42,816 nt of DNA from a virus. The notes below the pieces were generated by a model that was not told where the DNA came from, did not search any database, and saw only the letters and a program-made list of their open reading frames with translations. The stretch is from positions 1 to 42,816 of IMG/VR virus record IMGVR_UViG_3300031920_000251. The stretch is one strand, 5' to 3'. Both the position numbers and the translations under genes were made by a program. This document shows positions 25,879 to 34,483 of this stretch, piece by piece (positions within the stretch are counted from its first letter, which is position 1; each line of letters begins with the position of its first letter).

Positions 25879-25965
25879 AATCAGTTATCGGAAAAGGATT
25901 AGCTCTTGCTTACTACAACAAGAAACAACATTGCTGTTGATTCAATCCTTTTCCTATAACTGATT
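25879..25965. repeat. 22-bp imperfect inverted repeat enclosing two small hairpins, immediately upstream of the primase-helicase gene
   Basis: AATCAGTTATCGGAAAAGGATT 25879..25900 versus AATCCTTTTCCTATAACTGATT 25944..25965 (one mismatch). Inner stems are CTTG/CAAG and CAAC/GTTG. Confidence 0.8.
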
Positions 25966-26039
25966 GTTATGTGTAGTAAGTTGAGCATATTATTTTTTTT
26001 AATTATTTTTAATAATAGCACAAATAAATAAAATGTCAA

Positions 26040-26400
<361 letters not shown>

Positions 26401-26436
26401 TTAATTTTTTTTCTTTTTGTTGATTTTAAAGGGTTT

Positions 26437-26605
26437 TTTAAAATAGTATCAAAAGCCTCGACTTTTTTCTTACATTACTCATAATCTCGGAAATCTCTTT
26501 TTTTGTTTTTCCTGCAAATCTTTTTTTCGCGCTGATCTCGCCATTTTTCTTATTTTGGCAAGAAACGCAAATTAAAGGTTTACCGCAGATTTTACATTTT
26601 GGCAT
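26437..26605 (-). pseudogene. frameshifted small zinc-ribbon gene (or a homopolymer sequencing error)
   Basis: ATG at 26605 gives MPKCKICGK, then a stop after 18 codons. One base fewer in the A4 run (plus-strand T4 at 26578..26581) would give MPKCKICGKPLICVSCQNKKNGEISAKKRFAGKTKKEISEIMSNVRKKSRLLILF, restoring a CxxC...CxxC ribbon. Confidence 0.4.
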
Positions 26606-26640
26606 AGTTTAATTTTTATATAAAAGGAATAATTTTATTT

Positions 26641-26680
26641 TTAATTCCAGACCATTCTCCGTTAAATGGTTTGGAATTAA
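26641..26680. other. 16-bp stem hairpin / inverted repeat
   Basis: TTAATTCCAGACCATT pairs with AATGGTTTGGAATTAA around an 8-nt loop. The single non-Watson-Crick position is G:U only in a plus-strand RNA. Confidence 0.7.
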
Positions 26681-26880
26681 CAGTCTTATCGTGAAAACTT
26701 ACTTGTTTCCCGCAATATTCAAAATAAAATACTATATACAGCCATTGAGTATAGCGGTATAGGAAGTCCATCTAGACTTCAACCTTTCTTTATACCTACA
26801 AAAGTAGGAATATTGCACCTCTGATAGAATATCAGAGATGCTAATTGCTACCTTTATTTAATTTAATTTTTTTCTTAAGT

Positions 26881-27147
26881 TTAAGACAGGAGCGGACAAT
26901 TTGGCAAAAATGTAAATTTTTTAATTTCTAATTCTTGTCTGAATTGACTTAGTATATCTTTCATTTCTTTTCTTGTTGATATTGGAGTATAATGGCTTGA
27001 GTTAAGCAATACATCATCATTCTCGTCTATTGCGAAAATTGTATAAAATGTTTTACCTCCGCAATTTTCACAATTGGGATTGTCGCAACATTCATTGCTT
27101 TCAATCTCAATGCTTATTTTTTTTGAATTGATTTTTTCTTTTTTCAT
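26881..27147 (-). CDS. small zinc-ribbon protein (first gene of the early block)
   Basis: 88 aa with CCDNPNCENCGG. Confidence 0.5.
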   Translation of the reverse strand: MKKEKINSKKISIEIESNECCDNPNCENCGGKTFYTIFAIDENDDVLLNSSHYTPISTRKEMKDILSQFRQELEIKKFTFLPNCPLLS

Positions 27148-27292
27148 AAATTTGTAGTCTTATTTTTCAAATCTTAGACCGTTAGCTCTGGATAAGATGT
27201 AAAGAATAATGACTTGTTATAATTATGTCTATACTGTAACATAAACGAACGGGCTTGTCAAGCCCCTATGCCTATTGACTTTATTCATATAC

Positions 27293-27321
27293 TTGACGAA
27301 TAATAAAAAATATATTATAAT
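27293..27321 (+). promoter_or_regulatory. near-consensus sigma70-type promoter for the late/packaging block
   Basis: TTGACG (27293..27298), a 17-nt spacer, then TATAAT (27316..27321), all counted by hand. It lies about 210 nt upstream of the first plus-strand gene. Confidence 0.6.
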
Positions 27322-27462
27322 CTAAATAGATGTGAATTTTTTCATAAATTTACAGTCATTGAGGCGATTTGGTCACCACCTTTTTCGCCTCTTATCTGAC
27401 TGTTTGAGGGAATATGAATATGAATATTATATTTAATTATAAATTATTTAGTATTTAACAGC

Positions 27463-27485
27463 ACGCAGTTTTTGCGTTTTTTTTT
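27463..27485 (+). terminator. short hairpin plus T-run between the promoter and the first late gene (possible attenuator)
   Basis: ACGCA / loop GTTTT / TGCGT followed by eight T (27478..27485). The stem is only 5 bp. Confidence 0.35.
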
Positions 27486-27531
27486 ATTTAAGTATAAAAA
27501 TTTCCTAAACTAACAGGAAATAAACAGAAAT

Positions 27532-27891
27532 ATGCCAGAAGATACGCGATTTAAAAAAGGACAGTCAGGAAACCCAAGCGGACGCCCGAAAGACAGTTTT
27601 TCTTTGATAACATTGCTTAAACAAGAATTACAAAAATGTCCAGAAGGAGAAAATAAGAAGACTTACGCTAAAATAATGGTAAAAAAAATGATTGATGAAG
27701 CAATGAGAAAAGGAGACGACCAAAAATTAAAACTTATTTTCAATTATTGCGAAGGCTTACCAAAACAAACTGTAGACCATACTTCACAAGGAGAAAAAAT
27801 AGAAAACAAAACGCTTATTCAAATAAACAGTATGGATGAAAAATCTATAGACGATGAATTTCAAAAAAAATTAAATCAAAATGATGAATGA
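27532..27891 (+). CDS. small-terminase candidate (DUF5681-like N-terminus)
   Basis: FKKGQSGNPSGRPKD is the hallmark motif of a family commonly found just upstream of terL. The gene overlaps the terL start. Confidence 0.55.
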   Translation: MPEDTRFKKGQSGNPSGRPKDSFSLITLLKQELQKCPEGENKKTYAKIMVKKMIDEAMRKGDDQKLKLIFNYCEGLPKQTVDHTSQGEKIENKTLIQINSMDEKSIDDEFQKKLNQNDE

Positions 27892-29452
27892 TAAACTAAT
27901 AATTCCAACAAGCATTTTAGAAAATAAAAGATATAGATTAAATATTTTAAACAAGGCTGAGAATGATGTTGTTTTACAGGAAATAATAAAGAAAAAATGT
28001 TCATTAGATATAGAATTTGCTTGGGATTTGTTTTTTTGGACTTATGATGATCGCGAAACTAATCCGAATGTTCCTTATATTTTATACCCAAAACAAAGGG
28101 ATTTAATAACTGAATTAAATAATAATCTTATTTCATCAAGGCAAGGCGAGAAAGTTAATTTTATTCTTGATAAACCTCGTGCAGTTGGAGCGACTTATAC
28201 TGTAATGGCTTGGATTTTATACCATTGGTTGTTTTCGAAAGGATTTACGGCAAGAGTTGGCAGCAGAAAAGAGGATTATGTTGACAAGAGAGGAGAGAAA
28301 GACACATTATTTGTTAAGTTAGATTATATTTTAGATAGATTTCCGAATTGGTTGAAACCAAAATATCGTAGGGCATCTATGATGTTGGATAACGAAGAAA
28401 GCGGAAATACGGTCTCTGGCGAGAGTGCAAATCCTAATTTCGCGAGAGGAGGACGAAAATCAGTGATATTATTTGATGAGTTAGGATTTTGGGATTGGGC
28501 AGGAAGCAGTTGGGAGAGTGCAGGAGAGAGTTCAAATTACAGAATAGCGATGTCAACACCGCCCGATACAGGAAAAGATAGTTATTTTCATAAATTATTG
28601 ATAGGAGAAAAAGGGAGAATAAGAAAATTTAATTTTGACTGGCAAGATGTTCCCGGTAGAGATGATAAATGGTTTAAAGAAGCAAAAGAAACAAAATCAC
28701 CAGAAGAATTTGCGCGCGAAGTATTGAAAAGTTATGATGGAACGACAAAAGGAAAGGTTTACGCGAACGATATGAGGTTGGTGGAATTAAAAGAAATTGA
28801 ATATACAGGACGATTACCGCTTTATATTGCTTGGGATTTCGGACTTGATAGCGTTGCGATGGTATGGATACAGGCAGATTTATCAAATAAGAAATTCTAT
28901 GTTATAGATAGTTATATAAATTCAAATAAAGCGATTGATTTCTTTGTTCCTTTCGTGAATGGGACAATAAAATCTGGGATAGAAAAATACAATGAATATG
29001 AGTTGAATATGATAATGCGCCATAAATTATGGAGTAGGACAATAACACATTACGGAGACCCATCAGTTAAGCAAAGACATATTAGTTCAGGATTAAGTAC
29101 AAAAGATATTTTAGAGGATAAGCATAATATTTATGTTCAGAGTAAAGATTGGTTAGGCAGGAAATGGACTGATATTAGAGACATTACACGAACATTTTTC
29201 AGAGATTTAACTATAAATACTAAATTATGCGAAAGTTTTATTTCAGCGTTAAGGATGTCAAGATACCCAGAACGAGCAGAGAGAAGCCAAGCAACAAGCG
29301 AACCATTGAAGCCTATTCATAATTCAGATAGTCATTATCGTTCCGCATTTGAATTCTTTTGTGATAATATCTATGACGAGGAAGAAATTAAAATAATTAA
29401 AGAAGACAGAAATAATAACCAGTCCAACGAATTATTTATTGATGATGTGTAA
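27881..29452 (+). CDS. terL: terminase large subunit
   Basis: ATPase Walker A-like DKPRAVGATYT, Walker B VILFDELGFW, coupling motif MSTPP. Nuclease-domain acidic motifs IAWDFGLDSVAMVW, YGDPS and NSDSHYRSAFEF. Confidence 0.88.
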   Translation: MMNDKLIIPTSILENKRYRLNILNKAENDVVLQEIIKKKCSLDIEFAWDLFFWTYDDRETNPNVPYILYPKQRDLITELNNNLISSRQGEKVNFILDKPRAVGATYTVMAWILYHWLFSKGFTARVGSRKEDYVDKRGEKDTLFVKLDYILDRFPNWLKPKYRRASMMLDNEESGNTVSGESANPNFARGGRKSVILFDELGFWDWAGSSWESAGESSNYRIAMSTPPDTGKDSYFHKLLIGEKGRIRKFNFDWQDVPGRDDKWFKEAKETKSPEEFAREVLKSYDGTTKGKVYANDMRLVELKEIEYTGRLPLYIAWDFGLDSVAMVWIQADLSNKKFYVIDSYINSNKAIDFFVPFVNGTIKSGIEKYNEYELNMIMRHKLWSRTITHYGDPSVKQRHISSGLSTKDILEDKHNIYVQSKDWLGRKWTDIRDITRTFFRDLTINTKLCESFISALRMSRYPERAERSQATSEPLKPIHNSDSHYRSAFEFFCDNIYDEEEIKIIKEDRNNNQSNELFIDDV

Positions 29453-29460
29453 AAAATATT

Positions 29461-31365
29461 ATGGCAAAAGAAAACAAAAAAAAGAATATACTTGACGATG
29501 ATAGAAAAGAAAAAATAGCACAAATATTAAGTGCTGAAGAAATGGAATATTATGGGAGATTACTTGAAGATATTAATGACGCACAAACAGCAAGGGACGC
29601 TGTTCATCCAGAGTTCGATGATCTTGATTACTACACAGATTTTGTAAAAAATAGTAGGACTGTCAATTCTTACAGGCAGAGGAGATTAAACACAGGGGAA
29701 GTTGCTTTAAGTTTAGGGACGACTGAAAAAAAGGTTGAAAGTGTATTTAATAGCATTTTACAGTTTAATTATAAGCCGACAGTGATGGCTTACAATGAAA
29801 ATGACAGTGAAATAGCAGACTTAGGCGATGATGTTAGTGATATTGTCAAGAGAACGAATGAAATTGAAAGCGATGAAAACATAATGCAAGACGCTTTAAG
29901 AGAGTTATTAACTCAAAGATGCGTCTTCATGAAAGAATATTTTGAAAACGGAATGTGCAAGAAAAAGTTATTGAATGGCTTACAAATCTATTTAGGAGAT
30001 ATAACAATTCCATATTATAGATTCAAAGAACAGCCTTATATCATAGAATACGACAGAATGCGATATGATGTTGCAGAAAAAATCTATGGAACTAACGAAA
30101 ACTGGCAATATGTTAGCAAAGGAATTATAAAAACAGAGAATAGTTTTGATTACAGAATGCACAAAACACTTGAAGATAACGAGGTTGAGGTTATAACTTA
30201 TACGAATAGGCTCAAAAAACATCAACAAATACTCGTAAACGGCGTAATGATGAATAAGATTGACGCTAAATTGCCGTATAAGCACGATGGATACAATATT
30301 ACGATGTCAGGTGGCAAGCAGATCAACGGAAATTTTGCTTATTCAAGACCGTTAGTATCTCAAGCAAGAATATTACAAGTACTTGAAACGCAAATATTCA
30401 AGTCTTTAATCAGAAAAATGAACCAATCTATTGAACCACCGATTGGAGTTAAGACTAATAAAGTGTTTTCAAGGGATATGTGGAACCCTGGAAATATAAC
30501 ACAAAAAGTTAAAGAGGGTGATTTTACAAGACTAACAGACCATAACGGAGTAAACACTGGTGAGATAGCAATGTACCAGTTAGTTAAAGGTAGTGTAGAA
30601 GAATATATTAGCGCTGGCAATCTGCAACAAGGACTGAAAGGACAAGGCAAGATGACGGCAACGGAAACAATGATATTACAAAAAGAGGGAATGAAAATGC
30701 TTGGTAGCATATTTACTTCTTGGATTTTATTGATAAGAGAGATGACATTTTTAAGGATTTATAATATTTTTGAGAATTATAATAAGCCAGTAAAACAAAA
30801 ATATGATAAGTTTTCAGATAAAATATATAATATTCATAAGAAATTCACAGTATTTGACGCGAAACTTGATAATAATAAAATAGGTAAAAAGATAATTCAG
30901 TTCACGGATCAAAAGATAACACCAGAAGACAATCAAAAACTATACGAAGAAGAGGAACGACAAGAAAAATTAGGCAATAAAGTCAGATATAAACTAATAA
31001 ATGTTAAGCAAGTAAATCAAATACGAACTAATTTCTTTGTAGCAGTTGAGCCGAAAGAGCGAGAGGGTAGCGAATTAAGGAAAGTAATGTTTGAAAATCA
31101 ACTTAATCAAGCGGCAGGAATAATGAATTTAACAGGAAGGAAATTGAATAGTGACCAGATTATTGAGAATTATGAGCGAAATTGGCGAGTTAAAGATATA
31201 TTTATGCCACAAGAGAAGCAACAGCAAGGCGGAGGAGACGACGCTAATAAACTTAATTCAATGATTAAAGATTTAGATGGTGGTGGTGGTGAAATACAAA
31301 AAGCAGGAATGCAAGCAAGCGGAAAACCGCAAAAACCATCAATAAATACTTTGGCTAACGCTTAA
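29461..31365 (+). CDS. portal protein candidate
   Basis: 634 aa, immediately downstream of terL, with the usual size and position for a portal. No motif-level proof. Confidence 0.6.
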   Translation: MAKENKKKNILDDDRKEKIAQILSAEEMEYYGRLLEDINDAQTARDAVHPEFDDLDYYTDFVKNSRTVNSYRQRRLNTGEVALSLGTTEKKVESVFNSILQFNYKPTVMAYNENDSEIADLGDDVSDIVKRTNEIESDENIMQDALRELLTQRCVFMKEYFENGMCKKKLLNGLQIYLGDITIPYYRFKEQPYIIEYDRMRYDVAEKIYGTNENWQYVSKGIIKTENSFDYRMHKTLEDNEVEVITYTNRLKKHQQILVNGVMMNKIDAKLPYKHDGYNITMSGGKQINGNFAYSRPLVSQARILQVLETQIFKSLIRKMNQSIEPPIGVKTNKVFSRDMWNPGNITQKVKEGDFTRLTDHNGVNTGEIAMYQLVKGSVEEYISAGNLQQGLKGQGKMTATETMILQKEGMKMLGSIFTSWILLIREMTFLRIYNIFENYNKPVKQKYDKFSDKIYNIHKKFTVFDAKLDNNKIGKKIIQFTDQKITPEDNQKLYEEEERQEKLGNKVRYKLINVKQVNQIRTNFFVAVEPKEREGSELRKVMFENQLNQAAGIMNLTGRKLNSDQIIENYERNWRVKDIFMPQEKQQQGGGDDANKLNSMIKDLDGGGGEIQKAGMQASGKPQKPSINTLANA

Positions 31366-31369
31366 AATT

Positions 31370-31780
31370 ATGTTTAAAAAAATTAAAGAATATTTTAATA
31401 ATGAAAAACTGATAGAAGAATTAGAAAAACAGATAGTAATATTAAAAGAAAATGCTGATAATCCTGAAAAAGTTGTCGCGAATGTAATGAAAAGAGGTTT
31501 GAAAGTAGTAAATACTGATGATTTTTCAGATGAGGCTAAAAAAGAATATTACAGAGGAGCAACAGAAATCTTAAGGAATAACACATTTTTAAACGAAGTA
31601 AGAGCGATAATCGATGACCAGATAAATTTTATTGTAGGAGAGAGCGATAATCACGGGCAGACAAGAGATGCAAGATTTACGATATTAGCGTTTGATTTAT
31701 TAGAAAAAAGATTAAGAAGTGTAGTTAATCCAACAAAGACAGAAGAGGTGCAAGAAGAAGTTTACATTCAAGATGAATAA
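31370..31780 (+). CDS. head-module hypothetical protein
   Basis: 136-aa ORF between the portal and scaffold-like genes. Confidence 0.45.
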   Translation: MFKKIKEYFNNEKLIEELEKQIVILKENADNPEKVVANVMKRGLKVVNTDDFSDEAKKEYYRGATEILRNNTFLNEVRAIIDDQINFIVGESDNHGQTRDARFTILAFDLLEKRLRSVVNPTKTEEVQEEVYIQDE

Positions 31781-31879
31781 TAATATATTATAAAAGGTCG
31801 GAGGTGGTTTTTAATTTACCCCATCAGCCACGCGTGGGCTTGCAAATCACGCAGTAGGGGATAGAAAACAAAAAACAAT

Positions 31880-32506
31880 ATGGAAAGAATATTATTTGAT
31901 GAAGACGGAAACGAAGTAAAAGTTCCTGATGAGAAAACAATCAATGACTTTAAAGCAGGACACGACAAGAATATTGAGCGAAGAGAGACAGAGAAAGAAT
32001 TGAAAAATGAATTAAAAGAATTTAAAAGTGATGACAAGTCAAAGAATTTTAGGATAATGAGAAAACAGAACGAAAGTCTAAAAGTGAAATTAGCGGAAAA
32101 AGGAGAAGTAATTTCAGATGACGGAAAGATTGAAAAGAAAGCAGAAAACTTAACAGAAGAAAGAATTGCTGAAATTGCCGGTAATGCAACTAAAAAAATG
32201 CTTTTAGAAAATCGTGTTAGTTCTGAATTATCAAGAATCGAAGATAAGGACCAGCGAGCGGTTGTAAAGAAGTATTTTGAAAAATTATCAGCAGGAGAGG
32301 AATTATCCAACGAAGTTATTGAAAGTAATTTTGAAAAAGCAATGACTTTGGCAGATGTTTCAGTGAAATCTTCAAATTCAATTTCAGGGCTTCCTCCAAG
32401 ATTTGAAAGTAGTGATAAGAAAAAAGATTTTACAGATACAGACGAAGGCAAAAAACATTTAGAAGATATTACACCAAAACATATTTTGGATAAAAAAAAG
32501 GCTTAA
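31880..32506 (+). CDS. scaffolding-protein candidate
   Basis: 208 aa, highly charged and helical (K/E-rich), positioned between the portal and capsid genes. The antisense ORF 31816..32451 is a low-complexity shadow. Confidence 0.45.
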   Translation: MERILFDEDGNEVKVPDEKTINDFKAGHDKNIERRETEKELKNELKEFKSDDKSKNFRIMRKQNESLKVKLAEKGEVISDDGKIEKKAENLTEERIAEIAGNATKKMLLENRVSSELSRIEDKDQRAVVKKYFEKLSAGEELSNEVIESNFEKAMTLADVSVKSSNSISGLPPRFESSDKKKDFTDTDEGKKHLEDITPKHILDKKKA

Positions 32507-32528
32507 TTTATTTTAATTTTAATTAAAT

Positions 32529-33068
32529 ATGGAAAATAAAAAAGAGAATGAAGAAAAAAAAGTTTCTATTCCAGAAAGTATGTTTGAATCTCTCAGAAAA
32601 GAATTAGCGGAATTGAAGAAAAAGGTTGAAAATAAAGATGATGATATAATGGATATTGATGTTGATGATAATAATACTGTTAATTTACGGAAATATGAGA
32701 ACAAGATAGTTATAGGATACAATAAAGAACGCGGAACTTGGCAGGAATATGATAGAGAAAGACGAGAGGATAGATTGATGATAGAACTTATTTTTCTTGG
32801 GAAAGATGATAAGTCAATAAAAAAATCAGTTGACTATATAAACTTTTTAAATGATTCGTCGGTTATTAAGGTTGAATTGGAAAAAATAAAATCGCAAAAA
32901 GTTGTAGAAGAAAAAGGATTTATAAGAATAAAGGAAGTTGTTGATTATAAGACAGTAAGAACAAAAAATAGAATTATGCAAAAAGTTATTTCAAGAAACG
33001 ACATTGCAGTCGTTAAAATGCCAAATGGCAATATTATGGAGATAGACATTGATTTTGTTAATTTATAA
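32529..33068 (+). CDS. head-module hypothetical protein
   Basis: 179-aa ORF in the operon. Confidence 0.45.
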   Translation: MENKKENEEKKVSIPESMFESLRKELAELKKKVENKDDDIMDIDVDDNNTVNLRKYENKIVIGYNKERGTWQEYDRERREDRLMIELIFLGKDDKSIKKSVDYINFLNDSSVIKVELEKIKSQKVVEEKGFIRIKEVVDYKTVRTKNRIMQKVISRNDIAVVKMPNGNIMEIDIDFVNL

Positions 33069-33079
33069 TAAATAATTTT

Positions 33080-33439
33080 ATGACAGAAGTAAAAAAAGAA
33101 AATTCAATCGCAAAAGAGCAATCAGATTTAGCGAAAAAGTTGCTTCAAATAATTGTAAATTCTGATATTAGATTAGGCGATAGAATTTTAGAAGAAGAGC
33201 CAGAAAAATATAAAAAGACTGTTTTAGGAATGATAGACTTGCTTTATAAGAATAATATTTTAGAAATTGAATTAGATTTATATTTTCAGTTGATGAGACA
33301 AGCAATCGGTATAGCGCAAAATGCAACAGCTGGTTCAGTCAAAATGTCAAAAGATATCGCTTTAACCAACTATTGGGGGAAGCATCCAAGCGATATAACA
33401 TTTCAAGACATTGACGCTAAAATGAAAAAAGATAAGTAG
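33080..33439 (+). CDS. head-module hypothetical protein
   Basis: 119-aa ORF followed by a 9-bp hairpin, TAGGGCTAA 33447..33455 pairing with TTAGCCCTA 33461..33469. Confidence 0.45.
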   Translation: MTEVKKENSIAKEQSDLAKKLLQIIVNSDIRLGDRILEEEPEKYKKTVLGMIDLLYKNNILEIELDLYFQLMRQAIGIAQNATAGSVKMSKDIALTNYWGKHPSDITFQDIDAKMKKDK

Positions 33440-33605
33440 AGGACAGTAGGGCTAAGCTTATTAGCCCTATAATCCTATAGTTATCAAGGTTAAGATAACA
33501 TTCCGCTTTATAGATTATAAAGTGAGTAATTTTCTTACGAGGAAGACACCTCGCTTAAAAACGAAAAGAAATGAACACTGTTTTTATTTATTTAATCTAA
33601 AAAAT

Positions 33606-34031
33606 ATGTTTAAAAGAGAAGGCAAAGATTTTAACTTACTTCCATTGACTAATGTTATTACAACTTTGTATTATGATGGTGGTTTGGTTTATCCTAATGG
33701 TTCAGGAGGTTTCATTCCAGCGGACGCAACATCAGGTAATCATATTGGAATTTGTCAGGAGACTATCGCTGCAACAGATGATAAATATACAACTGCTGGA
33801 GAGATTATGGTTGATGTTATTAAACCAGGAGAACTTATAAGAGCTACTGATATTACAGGAACTTTAACGGCGGCAATGGAAGGAACTTTCCTTGATTTGT
33901 CAGACAGTTTAGTTGTTAATGCGGCGGCGTCAAGTAAGTCGGTTTTATTTCTTGTTAAATTCATTTCTGCGACAGAAGGAATTTTTATGCTTAATGCTAC
34001 TGCTGGCGTAGTAAATGTTGCAACAACATAA
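33606..34031 (+). CDS. possible head-decoration protein (DUF2190-like); start moved to ATG 33606
   Basis: 141 aa, small, Gly/Ala/Thr-rich and beta-type, directly upstream of the capsid gene. The GTG-extended form in the track is unlikely. Confidence 0.35.
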   Translation: MFKREGKDFNLLPLTNVITTLYYDGGLVYPNGSGGFIPADATSGNHIGICQETIAATDDKYTTAGEIMVDVIKPGELIRATDITGTLTAAMEGTFLDLSDSLVVNAAASSKSVLFLVKFISATEGIFMLNATAGVVNVATT

Positions 34032-34071
34032 CATCTATTTAATTTAATTTAATTTTTAACCATTATTAAAT

Positions 34072-34483
34072 ATGGAAATGAGACTTATTAGCTCACTAAA
34101 ATTTCCTGAATTGACTGATTTGATAACTAAAAGTTTTGTTGATTGTCAGGATTTTGAGGAAAAAACAGTAGAGCAATTACTAATACGACATTCTATTCCC
34201 AATGGAACTGGAACATCACGAAGATTTGACGAATACGATACTGAAAGTTATGCAAAGAATATGGACGAAGGAGAAGACGCACATAAAGCAAGTGTAGGAC
34301 ACGGATATTATAAGACAATGTATCTCTCACGCAGAGGGATTGAAATTGATATTACAAAAGTAATGAGAATGACAGGAAAAGACGCAGAAGTAAAATCAAA
34401 AATTACTTCTTTAAATTATTATTGCCCTGAAAGAAAAGAATTAGATTTAACTCATTCATTCTTTACATTCGCGACCAGTACCT
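34072..34483 (+). CDS. major capsid protein, exon 1
   Basis: The ORF reads ...LDLTHSFFTFATST. Exon end placed at T34483 by U:G-terminated P1 pairing with the internal guide GGGTACT at 34548..34554. The remaining 20 codons of the tracked ORF are intron read-through. Confidence 0.65.

Noticed and set aside
26740-26850. A tRNA or tRNA-like gene in the hairpin cluster; regions 22200..22350 and 850..1030 were also checked
   Set aside because: No acceptor-stem pairing, no 7-nt anticodon loop on a 5-bp stem and no GTTCRANNC T-loop could be found on either strand.
31816-32451. 211-aa minus-strand ORF overlapping the scaffold-like gene; similar cases at 32519..32722 and 40622..40969
   Set aside because: Low-complexity S/F-rich antisense translations of charged, helical plus-strand genes. 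The plus-strand versions fit the operon and the gene spacing.
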